Source: an uncultured archaeon (GTDB lineage: Archaea; Iainarchaeota; Iainarchaeia; Iainarchaeales; 0-14-0-20-30-16). Taken from it: a DNA stretch of 32,000 bases. Shown in pieces: positions 7,977 through 17,583 of the stretch. The notes beneath the pieces were generated by a model. That model saw only the letters and a program-made list of their open reading frames with translations. It searched no databases and had not been told where the DNA came from. Both the position numbers and the translations under genes were made by a program. The stretch spans positions 2,159 through 34,158 of the forward strand of contig CAZQQS010000005.1 of the NCBI GenBank assembly GCA_964595665.1, given 5' to 3'. Numbering within the stretch: position 1 is the stretch's first letter; the number at the start of each line of letters is the position of its first letter.

Positions 7977-8471
7977 ATGCCTTTACCTTGCACACACGCA
8001 ATAATTAATACAGCAATTTTTTACCCTTTTAGAAAGCATTTAGGAAAATATTGGTTAGTATTTGCTATTTTATCAAGTTTAATTTTAGATTTTGATTTTG
8101 CATTAGCAATTATTGGAACTATATTAAATATAAATTCGATTTATTTAGCTCATGGAACATTTGCACATAGTTTTGGGTTCATAATTTTAATTGGAATAAT
8201 CTCAACAATAATTTATTTAAAAAATAAGGAATTTGGAATATATGGCTATATTTTAACTATTGGCGCAACAATTCATTTATTATTAGATTTGATTTTAGGC
8301 GGGGGCAATTATTATTTAATTTTATTTTGGCCATTTTCTTTAGCACAATTTAAAATCCATTTATTTGAAAACTATCAAATATTCTACGAACTATTAGATG
8401 CTTTTTTAATTATTGGATTAACAATTTGGATTTATTTTAAAATAAAAAAAGAAACAAAAAATAAAAGATGA
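7977..8471 (+). CDS. Membrane-bound metal-dependent hydrolase-like protein (YdjM/DUF457-like)
   Basis: 164-aa polytopic ORF. It has His/Asp clusters in the order typical of the family: CTHAI, LDFDFA, AHGTFAHSFG, HLLLDL. Confidence 0.5.
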   Translation: MPLPCTHAIINTAIFYPFRKHLGKYWLVFAILSSLILDFDFALAIIGTILNINSIYLAHGTFAHSFGFIILIGIISTIIYLKNKEFGIYGYILTIGATIHLLLDLILGGGNYYLILFWPFSLAQFKIHLFENYQIFYELLDAFLIIGLTIWIYFKIKKETKNKR

Positions 8472-8487
8472 AAGATTTAATACAGTT

Positions 8488-10071
8488 TTAAATTTTATCC
8501 AAAGCTTTTAATCTTTTATCTATTTCTTTTTCAGATTCCAATCTTTCAAAATCATAATCTTTCATGTCAACAAATTTCATATACTTTACCAAATTAGGAT
8601 GCACTCTTAAAACTTGTTTAAACATTTCTTGACAAATTAATCTATAATCTGGATGCCCTTGCCTAATTGTTCTTAATTCTAATAAATGATATAAAGCTCT
8701 TAAATTTAATTTAAAATACCATCTTAAATTATATGCAAATGGAACACAATATTGCGCTTTTTCAGGATTTGTTTTTACCAAATCCAAATATAATTCATTA
8801 GCTTTATCTAATGCGAATTTATACTTAGAATCACAACCTGCCAAAACTAAATCTTTAGGAATTTCATAACCAAAATAAGTAGTTAATAATTGTCTTTCTT
8901 GTGTTAAAATTCTATGTCTTTGTAAATCTCTATATGCCCCAAAATTTCCTAAAATCTCAAAGGTATAATCTACATTTTCAAATGCTCTTAATGGTTTATG
9001 TCTTCTATTTTTTCTCTCACCAACATAATCATAAATGATTTTATCTTTTTCATCCTCAGTTAACAACTTTATTTTATCATAACATTCTTGCAAAGATAAA
9101 TTTGAACTCTTAAACAAAATCTTCGATAAAATTTTATCTTCTGCTTCTAAATCATAATCAATTAATATTACTCGCTCATTATCTTGTCCAATTAAATTAA
9201 AGTTATTTGGATAAGAAACGCTTTTCAAATAATCTTGTAATGCTAAACCAAATTCGCTCTTACTTCGTTTAATAAATGATGGAAAAACTTTTCCTAATTC
9301 ATCATACATTTCTTCTCCTAAATTTTTAATCTCATTTAAATCCGAAACAAATGATTTATTTATTAAATATTCGAATGCTCTACCATTTCCATACATTCCA
9401 AAATTTGTTAATGTACTCGCAGGCAATAAACCTCTAATGGTATCACAAGTTTTTGCTCTCAAAATTGCTTCAAAAGCCCTCTCAGATAAATTTTCACTAT
9501 TTGGAATTTTTTCTGCATAATAAGTTCTCATAATTTGCATTAACTCACAATAAGTGTCAAACAACAAATTCATTGTCGCAATATATTTTTCTGCAAATTC
9601 TGAATTCATAATTTCTTTATCTTTATAATATTTGTATTCGCCATTTAATTTTTCATCAAAATAAATATACCTAGAAGATTTTTCCAAAGGACTTATTCCT
9701 ATTCTAGCATCTTCAAAAAATTTAGTTGCTAAATTAGAAACATTTTCTAAAGCTATATGTGCTCCACCTAATTCTGCAACAGAATCATCCCCATATTGAA
9801 CTAAAACTCTATTATAAAATTCTTCTGCTTTTTTTATTGCTATTAATTGTTCATCAATATTTTTTACATCTCCAACAATATTTTTAAAATCATTATCTTT
9901 ACTATTAAAAAAATCATCTAAAAATAATCTTCTTAAATCTTTTTCTGATCGACTATATCTTGCAAATAAAGTTCCTTTTACTACTTCTGGCAAATTAATT
10001 AATGCGAATGTATTGCTTTCAACATTTGTAAAAAAATGTTTTAATATTTTCTTTTCATCTTCATTATACAT
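8488..10071 (-). CDS. thyX: FAD-dependent thymidylate synthase, long two-domain form (ThyX-like)
   Basis: 527-aa ORF. The N-terminal half has FARYSRS. The C-terminal half has YRDLQRHRILTQERQ (RHR motif) and LELRTIRQGHPDYR. It lies directly upstream of, and co-directional with, glyA. Confidence 0.7.
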   Translation of the reverse strand: MYNEDEKKILKHFFTNVESNTFALINLPEVVKGTLFARYSRSEKDLRRLFLDDFFNSKDNDFKNIVGDVKNIDEQLIAIKKAEEFYNRVLVQYGDDSVAELGGAHIALENVSNLATKFFEDARIGISPLEKSSRYIYFDEKLNGEYKYYKDKEIMNSEFAEKYIATMNLLFDTYCELMQIMRTYYAEKIPNSENLSERAFEAILRAKTCDTIRGLLPASTLTNFGMYGNGRAFEYLINKSFVSDLNEIKNLGEEMYDELGKVFPSFIKRSKSEFGLALQDYLKSVSYPNNFNLIGQDNERVILIDYDLEAEDKILSKILFKSSNLSLQECYDKIKLLTEDEKDKIIYDYVGERKNRRHKPLRAFENVDYTFEILGNFGAYRDLQRHRILTQERQLLTTYFGYEIPKDLVLAGCDSKYKFALDKANELYLDLVKTNPEKAQYCVPFAYNLRWYFKLNLRALYHLLELRTIRQGHPDYRLICQEMFKQVLRVHPNLVKYMKFVDMKDYDFERLESEKEIDKRLKALDKI

Positions 10072-10079
10072 TTAACCAC

Positions 10080-11216
10080 CTACAACAAAATCTTTTTGAA
10101 CTTTTCTGCCAACTCTTTAAAATCTTCTTTTTTATAACCTTTTAAAGTCATTTCCTGAACTCCAATCCTAATTCCGGAAGGATTTATAACAGAAGTATCC
10201 CAAGGTAATGCATTTTTATTTACAATAATATTATTTTCTTCTAATTTATTTGCAACTTTATTCCCATCACCAATTTTACTTACATCTAAAATTACTTGAT
10301 GACTTTTTGTAAACCCAAAACTTTCTGCACAAACATCAAATCCTAATTCATTTAAACTTTCAGCAAAATATTTCGCATTCTCAATAATTCTTTTTCCATA
10401 ATCAAAATATTTCTCATCCAATAATTTAGCAGTTAAATATAATGTTGGAATTCTATGTAAATGATGATTTGAAACTATTCCTGGAAACATAAATTTATCA
10501 AAATTATTTTCTTCTTTAGATAAAATAATTCCCCCTTGTGGACCTGGAAATGTTTTATGTGTTGATGCATTAACATAATCTGCGCCCTCTTCAAAAGGTT
10601 TTTGAAATTCACCTTGATAAATTAATCCAAAAACGTGGGCCGCATCATAAACAATTTTTAATTCTGGAAATTCTTTTCTTAATTCTTTTATTGGTTCTGG
10701 AAATAAAAACATTGACTTACCCAAAACAATAAAATCAGGATCATATTCTTTAATTAATTTAATTGATTCATCAACATCTGAAACAAACGGATTATCTTTA
10801 TCTTGTGGAAAATTTTTAATTTCATAATTTAATATTCTTCCTAAGGTTCCAACTTTGTTGTGCGTTATATGTCCTCCAGAAGGTAAAGAATTTGTAATTA
10901 CTTTGGAATTTTTTCTTAATGCTGTAAAAACAGTTAAATTTGCAATTGCTCCAGATATGGGCCTTAAATCTGCATTAGCAACATTAAAATGTTCTTGAAA
11001 ATGTTTTTGACACAAGTCCTCTAAACAATCAATATATTTTGTGCCATTATAATATCTATTAAATGGCTTGCCCTCGGCATATCTATGTGCAAAATCATTA
11101 TAATAAAAAGGTGCGACTTCATTTAATAAAACATTTTCTGATGCAATTAAGTTAATAGTATTCTTTCGCCAATCGTTTTGATTAGTAATAACATTAACAA
11201 TTTCATCAAAATTCAT
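10080..11216 (-). CDS. glyA: Serine hydroxymethyltransferase (short form)
   Basis: Motifs seen: INLIASENV, GGHITHN, and the PLP-lysine motif STHKTFPGPQGG. At 378 aa it is shorter than typical SHMTs. Confidence 0.9.
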   Translation of the reverse strand: MNFDEIVNVITNQNDWRKNTINLIASENVLLNEVAPFYYNDFAHRYAEGKPFNRYYNGTKYIDCLEDLCQKHFQEHFNVANADLRPISGAIANLTVFTALRKNSKVITNSLPSGGHITHNKVGTLGRILNYEIKNFPQDKDNPFVSDVDESIKLIKEYDPDFIVLGKSMFLFPEPIKELRKEFPELKIVYDAAHVFGLIYQGEFQKPFEEGADYVNASTHKTFPGPQGGIILSKEENNFDKFMFPGIVSNHHLHRIPTLYLTAKLLDEKYFDYGKRIIENAKYFAESLNELGFDVCAESFGFTKSHQVILDVSKIGDGNKVANKLEENNIIVNKNALPWDTSVINPSGIRIGVQEMTLKGYKKEDFKELAEKFKKILL

Positions 11217-11279
11217 AAAAATCTAATATATTAAAATCTGCAAGTTTATAAACGCTCGTTCCTACATAATAGATTAACT

Positions 11280-11287
11280 TTTAAATA
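11280..11287 (+). promoter_or_regulatory. Archaeal TATA box (TTTAAATA) upstream of the M50 protease gene
   Basis: TTTAAATA has its 5' end 28 nt upstream of the ATG at 11308, in the divergent glyA/M50 intergenic region. Confidence 0.4.
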
Positions 11288-11307
11288 CTTTTTAATGTTT
11301 ATAATAT

Positions 11308-11958
11308 ATGGTTGAAACAGAAATATATTTTGATCCTAATGAAGGTTATGTAATAAATCCAAAAGCTGTAAAAAAAGATTTTAAATTGGGTAAAAGTGAA
11401 ATATTACATATATTGATTGCTTGGTTAGGAATTAGTTTTGCATTTGCTTGGAAAGGTTTTGCAAATATTCAAAGCATGTTCTTAATTTTGCCAATAATTT
11501 TAATTGCAACTGCAACTGGATTTATTTTTCATGAATTAGCTCACAAGTTTACTGCAATTTATTATGGAGCTAAAGCACAATTTAGAATGTGGCCTTTAGG
11601 TTTGGGTTTGGCTATAGCTATGGCTTTGTTTTTAGGGTTTGTGTTTGCTGCTCCAGGTGCAGTATATATTTGGGGTAAGAATATTACTAGAAAAGAAAAT
11701 GGAATAATTTCTTTAGCTGGTCCATTTGCTAATTTTGTTGTAGCAATAATTAGTATAATTGTTTTAACATTTATTAATAATGCTTTTTGGGTTAATTTGT
11801 TTTCTTTAGTAGCATACGTTAATGCATTTTTAGGAATATTTAATTTGATTCCTATATTTCCATTAGATGGTTCAAAAGTTTTTATGTGGAATAAATTAAT
11901 TTGGTTATTTAGTGTATTAGCATTTGTAAGTATATTTATTATTTTAAGTTTTATTTAG
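11308..11958 (+). CDS. Site-2 protease family (M50) membrane metalloprotease
   Basis: It has HELAHK (HExxH) in a TM helix and the second metal-ligand motif NLIPIFPLDGSKV. The protein is polytopic. Confidence 0.85.
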   Translation: MVETEIYFDPNEGYVINPKAVKKDFKLGKSEILHILIAWLGISFAFAWKGFANIQSMFLILPIILIATATGFIFHELAHKFTAIYYGAKAQFRMWPLGLGLAIAMALFLGFVFAAPGAVYIWGKNITRKENGIISLAGPFANFVVAIISIIVLTFINNAFWVNLFSLVAYVNAFLGIFNLIPIFPLDGSKVFMWNKLIWLFSVLAFVSIFIILSFI

Positions 11959-11966
11959 GTGATTTT

Positions 11967-12968
11967 ATGATTTTTGGATTGTGTGGATATAATGCCTCTG
12001 GAAAAGGAGAAATTGCAAATATTTTAAAGGAAAAAGGATATGTTTATTTTTCATTAAGCGATATTATTAGAGAGGAATGTGAAAAAAGAGATTTAGAAAA
12101 AAATAGAGAAAACTTAGTTGCAATTGGAAATGAATTTAGAGAAAAACGTGGTGCAAATTATTTTGCCGAAATGATCTTAAAAAAAATAAATTTAGAAAGA
12201 AATAATAATAAAAATTTTATAGTTGATAGTATAAGAAATCCAAAAGAAGTTGAAACTTTAAGACAAGATAAAGAATTTGTTTTAATAGGAATAAATGCAC
12301 CAATAGAATTAAGATTTTCTAGATCTCAATCGCGAGGCAGGAATGAAAATGCATTAACTTTAGAAGAATTTATTAAACAAGAAGAAAAAGAGAAATCTTC
12401 AAAAGAAAATGCACAACAATTAGATACGGTTTACAAAATGGCTGATAAATATATTTACAATGATGGTTCTTTAGAAGAATTAAAACAAAGATTAGATTTT
12501 GTTTTAAATAATGAAAGGAAAAAAAGACCTAATTGGGACAAATATTTTATGAATATTGCAGAAGTAGTAGCTACTAGAGCATCATGTCTAAGACGAAACG
12601 TAGGTTGTGTTTTAGTTAAAGACAAACAAATTATAGCAACGGGGTATAACGGCCCTCCAAAAGGACATCCAACATGTGATGAATTAGGGGGTTGTTTAAG
12701 AGACATTACAAAAACACCTAGTGGGCAAAGATTTGAAATTTCCAGAGCGGTACATGCTGAACAAAATGCAATTTCTCAAGCAGCAGAAAATGGAATTTCA
12801 ACTAAAGGCGCAACATTATATTGTACAACATATCCTTGTGTTTTATGTATTAGAACAATTATTAATGCTGGTGTTAAAAAAGTAATTTATAAAGAATTTT
12901 ATCCTGATGATGGAACAACAGATATCGCTAGAAGGTCTGGATTAGAAATGGTTCAATTTAAAGATTAA
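11967..12968 (+). CDS. Fusion protein: N-terminal P-loop (archaeal UPF0200/dNMP-kinase-like) domain + C-terminal dCMP deaminase
   Basis: N-terminal part: GLCGYNASGKGE (P-loop), FIVDSIRNPKEVETLR and FSRSQSRGR (lid-like). C-terminal part: CMP/dCMP deaminase zinc motifs VHAEQNA and YPCVLC. It is a single uninterrupted 333-aa ORF. Confidence 0.85.
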   Translation: MIFGLCGYNASGKGEIANILKEKGYVYFSLSDIIREECEKRDLEKNRENLVAIGNEFREKRGANYFAEMILKKINLERNNNKNFIVDSIRNPKEVETLRQDKEFVLIGINAPIELRFSRSQSRGRNENALTLEEFIKQEEKEKSSKENAQQLDTVYKMADKYIYNDGSLEELKQRLDFVLNNERKKRPNWDKYFMNIAEVVATRASCLRRNVGCVLVKDKQIIATGYNGPPKGHPTCDELGGCLRDITKTPSGQRFEISRAVHAEQNAISQAAENGISTKGATLYCTTYPCVLCIRTIINAGVKKVIYKEFYPDDGTTDIARRSGLEMVQFKD

Positions 12969-14311
12969 AATAATTTCATTTGTTTTATTTCTTTATCTCT
13001 TTTTTCTTCTTTAATTTCCTTTTCTTTAGAATCTTTTTTTTCAATTACTTTTTTTGTTTTGGATTTTTTCTCTTCTAAATTTTCTGCATCCTCTGTCAAA
13101 ACTTTATCTAATAATTTTACTTTAAAAAAAGATTCTAATTCTTTTAAATCATCTTCTGTTAAATGCGTTTTTAAATATTCTACAAATTCTAAATTTTTAA
13201 TTAAAAATTTATATAAGAATAATTCGCTAGCAATTTTAGAATTTGAGCCTCTCAAAACTTTTCCTAAAATAATTGATACTTTTTTATTTTTTGAAAATTC
13301 ACTAGATTCTTTTGCTCGTAATTTAATACTTTGTGGAAAAGAAATTTTGTAAGAAAATTTATCTTTATAAGGATAAATTGCTGGCGCAATAATTCCAAAA
13401 ATTAAAAAATATTTAAAAAAAAGCCAATTCTGTCTAGAATAAATTCTTCTTTTATTTATGTCTGCCAAAGACATTAATTTGTAAGCGTCTTTTAAGTTTT
13501 TTCCTTCGTAAAATAGGTGTAAATTCTCTGCAATCCATTCAAATAACAAATCAAAATCAATTTCTGTTTTATCACTAATTTCTTTTGCTTCTGAAAATGT
13601 TTTTGCTCTAAATAACCCAATAACTGTTTTAAAAACATCCTCTTTTCTTTCTCTTCCAAACAATAAATCTAAATGCCTATAATAAATCCCAAAAGGTTTT
13701 AGAAAGTCAATATCTAAAAATAATGCTCGTAAATCTTTAGGATTCATTTCAATTAATTTTTCTAACGCAATTCGTTCATATTTAATATTATTTTCTTCTA
13801 AAAGATTTTCAATAATTGGATATAATATATTTTTAGTTAATGCTTTTATTTCTAATGGTTCGCAAATATCTCTTAACGAACTTAATTTTTTATCAGCATA
13901 AATGTTTGTTGCACAAAATATTACTGGGTTAGAGGATTCTTTTGCAGATTTTAAAATTAATTCAAAACCACCTCGATCTTCACCAAAAAAAACATCTATA
14001 TCATCAAAAAATAATAAATTCTTATTGCCAAATAAACTTCTAGAATTAGATACTGCATTCAAAGAACTTTCAATACTTTCTTTAGAACGATCATCAGATG
14101 GATTTAATTCAAATAAAGTAAAATTATTTTTTTCAGCAAATAATCTTACTAATGTACTTTTGCCTACACCTGTAGGCCCATAAATTAGCAAAGGTTTTTT
14201 CGAGTTCTTAATCCAAGATTCAATAGCTAAAAGAGCACTTTTATTAAATATTTGGGACAACTCTTTTGGAGCATATTGATCAAGAACGTACACATCTAAT
14301 CCCTTAAACAA
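12965..14311 (-). CDS. rfcL: Replication factor C large subunit
   Basis: Walker A is LLIYGPTGVGKSTL and Walker B is LLFFDDID. It has a K/E-rich C-terminal tail ending KQMKLF (PIP-like). Its stop overlaps the convergent deaminase stop (TTAA). Confidence 0.85.
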   Translation of the reverse strand: MFKGLDVYVLDQYAPKELSQIFNKSALLAIESWIKNSKKPLLIYGPTGVGKSTLVRLFAEKNNFTLFELNPSDDRSKESIESSLNAVSNSRSLFGNKNLLFFDDIDVFFGEDRGGFELILKSAKESSNPVIFCATNIYADKKLSSLRDICEPLEIKALTKNILYPIIENLLEENNIKYERIALEKLIEMNPKDLRALFLDIDFLKPFGIYYRHLDLLFGRERKEDVFKTVIGLFRAKTFSEAKEISDKTEIDFDLLFEWIAENLHLFYEGKNLKDAYKLMSLADINKRRIYSRQNWLFFKYFLIFGIIAPAIYPYKDKFSYKISFPQSIKLRAKESSEFSKNKKVSIILGKVLRGSNSKIASELFLYKFLIKNLEFVEYLKTHLTEDDLKELESFFKVKLLDKVLTEDAENLEEKKSKTKKVIEKKDSKEKEIKEEKRDKEIKQMKLF

Positions 14312-14543
14312 ATTCTTTTAATAATTCTTCTTTTGTTTCGTGTTTTTCAGCTTGAATTTCTTTTTCAGCAGCTTTATTAAAAACACCCATATCTTCATCT
14401 TTTTTATTTAATCTTGAAAGCGTATACAAATAAGCATTGATTATGCTATCCAAATCTAATTTTCTTTTCAAACCTAATCTTGCAATTTCTTCAATATATG
14501 CCCTTACTAATTGAACTGCTAAATCCTCATTTTTTGAAGCCAT
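14304..14543 (-). CDS. Hypothetical small helical protein
   Basis: 79-aa ORF packed tightly between the pilin-like gene and rfcL, overlapping the rfcL start by 8 nt. I recognise no motif. Support comes from position and operon packing only. Confidence 0.4.
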   Translation of the reverse strand: MASKNEDLAVQLVRAYIEEIARLGLKRKLDLDSIINAYLYTLSRLNKKDEDMGVFNKAAEKEIQAEKHETKEELLKEFV

Positions 14544-14545
14544 AT

Positions 14546-14875
14546 TTAATCCCCCAATACATTAATATTTACATATTCAAAATTTAAATTTTGTTTTATT
14601 TTATTTTCTAAAACTTCTTCATAATTTCCCAAGTCAATTCCAGGAATAAAAATTATATTAATATCTATATTACTATCATTTATATTACTTTCCAAATTAT
14701 ATTTCCCAGAATAGTTATTTTGCATTAAATAAGTATCTAAATTAGATTTTGTTATCCCTAAAGCAACAATTTCAACATTTTCTTTTGGATAACTCGCAAA
14801 TATTATTATAACTAATACTACGACAACAGCTAAAACAAATAAAAATTCAAAGCTAGTCTGGCCTTTTTTACTCAT
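14546..14875 (-). CDS. Orphan pilin-like protein with class III signal peptide
   Basis: 109-aa ORF. MSKKG|QTSFEFLFVLAVVVVLVIIIF has Gln +1, Glu +5 and a hydrophobic helix. It lies immediately downstream of secD, far from the pilus operon. Confidence 0.6.
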   Translation of the reverse strand: MSKKGQTSFEFLFVLAVVVVLVIIIFASYPKENVEIVALGITKSNLDTYLMQNNYSGKYNLESNINDSNIDINIIFIPGIDLGNYEEVLENKIKQNLNFEYVNINVLGD

Positions 14876-14906
14876 AGTATATATAGGCCAAACTATTTAA
14901 AATAGT

Positions 14907-16463
14907 TCACTTTGACAAAATATATTTTACTATTGACGCATATGCGGGTCTAGTAATCAATACACCTATAGCTACACCAATTAATGTTGTTAATGCGAAA
15001 CCAACTAATTTTGGAACACCACCAAAAACAAAAATCATTGGTAACATAGTTATTGTTAATGTTGCCGCAGCCATCCAAACAATAAAGAACGCTCTTTTAA
15101 CTCGAGCTAATAAACTTCTTTCTTCTTGTTCTTCTTTTCGTTTCATTAGTTCATCAGTAATTATTATTTGGTCATCTACACCCGTTCCTACAGCGGCTAA
15201 TATTCCAGCTATTGCAGATAAATCTAATTGCCAATTAATTAATGAAGATGTTGCTAAAGTTAAATATATTTCAGAAATTCCAACTAATAACATAGGTAAT
15301 GCAACTTTCCAATTTCTATATCTAACAAATAAAATTAAAGCAATAACCATTAATGCTATAAGTCCAGCAATTAATAATTTACTTAAAATATTTTGTCCTA
15401 AAACTGGAGAAACGGTTTCTTTAGAAATACTATCTATTCCAACAGGCAAAGAACCCGAATTTAATATTGCATATAATTCATTAACTTCATTTTGTGCGCC
15501 TTCTAAATCTACAGAACCACCATTAATAATTAATTCCATAAAAACTTGGAAATTTGGAGATGTAGTACTTGCTACATTTTGATTTGTAATAGTTTCACTT
15601 AAACCAATAATTGTTTTCAAACCAGTTGCAGTAAAACTCCAAGGAGTTTCCTCTCGCTTTTCAACAGGTAACAATTCAACATTTAAATATTCTAATGCAG
15701 AAACATTCAAATCTGATTCATAAACTATAGTTTCAACATTATTATCTAAAACAAAATTATTTATTTCAAATAAAACATTTTCATCTAAAGTATCATAAGT
15801 AATATATTTTAAATTTCCATTTTTATATAAATCTCTTATAGCATTGTTTGCCAAATAATTGTCTTCTTCAAAAGTATCATTACTAATTAAGTATAATGCA
15901 TTTATAGGCCTATCAATAAAGAAATATGTGCTAGGACAAGAAGTACTTCCATCTTGTAATAAAATACATTTTCTAAATATACTTTCAGAAAAATTTCTTG
16001 CAGCTTTGGCATTTAAAACAAAAGGAATTTGCCAACCATAACCATCAGCAGTCTTAGAAATTCCAAAACCTTTAGTTGCAGTTTTACTTACATCAACAAC
16101 CTCATCACCAGTAAATAAAACCTTGCCTTCAAATAAACATTCAAATCTACCTTGTTTTTGTAAAATTTCTTCGATTCTTGCTACTTTATCTGGATCGCTT
16201 TCTGCAACTTCTATTCCAACATATTGATTGTCCCAAGAAGTTACTTTAACATCTTTTAATCCAGTCCAATCTAGCCTTTGAGAAACTGTTGATTGCACTC
16301 GCTCCATTTGCGAGTTATCTATTTCTTTATCTAAAGTCAAAATAAATTGTGTGCCACCAGAAAAATCTAAGCCATAGCTTAATCCTTTAACACCTAAAAT
16401 TATTGCTCCCAAAATCAAAACAACTGCGAAAATTATTACTCTTGCATCTTTAAATAAACTCAT
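14907..16463 (-). CDS. secD: Protein-export membrane protein SecD
   Basis: 518-aa ORF with an N-terminal TM helix, then GLDFSGGTQF, a large periplasmic-type domain, and a C-terminal 5-TM bundle carrying GTGVDDQIIITDE. It forms a TAATG junction with secF. Confidence 0.9.
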   Translation of the reverse strand: MSLFKDARVIIFAVVLILGAIILGVKGLSYGLDFSGGTQFILTLDKEIDNSQMERVQSTVSQRLDWTGLKDVKVTSWDNQYVGIEVAESDPDKVARIEEILQKQGRFECLFEGKVLFTGDEVVDVSKTATKGFGISKTADGYGWQIPFVLNAKAARNFSESIFRKCILLQDGSTSCPSTYFFIDRPINALYLISNDTFEEDNYLANNAIRDLYKNGNLKYITYDTLDENVLFEINNFVLDNNVETIVYESDLNVSALEYLNVELLPVEKREETPWSFTATGLKTIIGLSETITNQNVASTTSPNFQVFMELIINGGSVDLEGAQNEVNELYAILNSGSLPVGIDSISKETVSPVLGQNILSKLLIAGLIALMVIALILFVRYRNWKVALPMLLVGISEIYLTLATSSLINWQLDLSAIAGILAAVGTGVDDQIIITDELMKRKEEQEERSLLARVKRAFFIVWMAAATLTITMLPMIFVFGGVPKLVGFALTTLIGVAIGVLITRPAYASIVKYILSK

Positions 16464-17509
16464 TATTTCACCTTTTTATTTTCTAAATACCATAATAAAA
16501 TTGGACCATTCATGAACCAAGTAGCAAACAAATCAACCACTAATCCAAATATTAAAACAATTGATATATCAAACAAAACACTTATGTTGTAGAAATATGA
16601 AAAAATTAACATTACTACTAAAGTACCCAAAGTTGTAGTAGTCATTATTGAACCCGTTCTTAAAGCATCACCAGCTCTTTGTTTTGCATGTCCTTCTTTT
16701 CTTTTTAATAACCTAGTTGTTAACATTATATCTGTATCTATAGAATAACCCAACAACATCAACAATGCCGGAATAGTAGTTAATGATAATGGAATGCCAG
16801 TTATAGCTAAACCAGCTAAACCCCCTAAAACATCTAATATTGCACAAACAATAATTGCTATTGAAGGGATAATTTCTCCAAAAGCAATTAATATTAAAAC
16901 AATTATTCCTATTATTGCAATAATTGCTACCAAAATTGCTTTATTATAAAAAGATTCTCCTAAACTTGGACTAATTTCTTTTAAATTCACATTAGATGTG
17001 TTTATTCCAAATTCAGTATTTAAAAATTCTAAAATTCCTTTTGAATTATTATTTTTTGTATAGTTATAAAATAAATCTAATCCTGAAACCCAATCCGAAT
17101 AATTATTTAAAACTAAATCAGCATAATCAAAATTATATTCTTTAAATAAATTCTCAATATTTGTTACAGCTAAATCTTTATCAGACATTTGCTTTATGTC
17201 TTCAATCTTAGTCTTTAACAAAACCAAGCTATTTTGTTCCAAATATTGAATATCCATTCTTTTAGTTATTCCAGAATTATAAACAATAGTTAATTCTTCT
17301 AAACCAAAAGTATTTTCTAAAGCGATTTTTATTTCCTCAGTATTAACATTTTCAACCCCATAAATAGAAATTAATGTTCCACCTTGTAAATCAATACCTT
17401 TTTTAACCCCAAAACCAAAAATAAAAATTAAACTTATAAGAAACAAAATTAAAGGAACTATCAAGTACATTTTATAATTTTTCTCATAAAATTTATCATA
17501 AAAACTCAT
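16463..17509 (-). CDS. secF: Protein-export membrane protein SecF
   Basis: It has GIDLQGGTLISI, an external domain, and a C-terminal TM bundle with GYSIDTDIMLTTR. I moved the start to the ATG at 17509 (MSFYDKF...), which is preceded by AGGTGAT 5 nt upstream. The track start is 17530. Confidence 0.9.
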   Translation of the reverse strand: MSFYDKFYEKNYKMYLIVPLILFLISLIFIFGFGVKKGIDLQGGTLISIYGVENVNTEEIKIALENTFGLEELTIVYNSGITKRMDIQYLEQNSLVLLKTKIEDIKQMSDKDLAVTNIENLFKEYNFDYADLVLNNYSDWVSGLDLFYNYTKNNNSKGILEFLNTEFGINTSNVNLKEISPSLGESFYNKAILVAIIAIIGIIVLILIAFGEIIPSIAIIVCAILDVLGGLAGLAITGIPLSLTTIPALLMLLGYSIDTDIMLTTRLLKRKEGHAKQRAGDALRTGSIMTTTTLGTLVVMLIFSYFYNISVLFDISIVLIFGLVVDLFATWFMNGPILLWYLENKKVK

Positions 17510-17583
17510 TAAATCACCTAAAAATAACAATTAACATAATATTTAATCTTATAATATATAAATCCAAAAACTATATAAACTAT

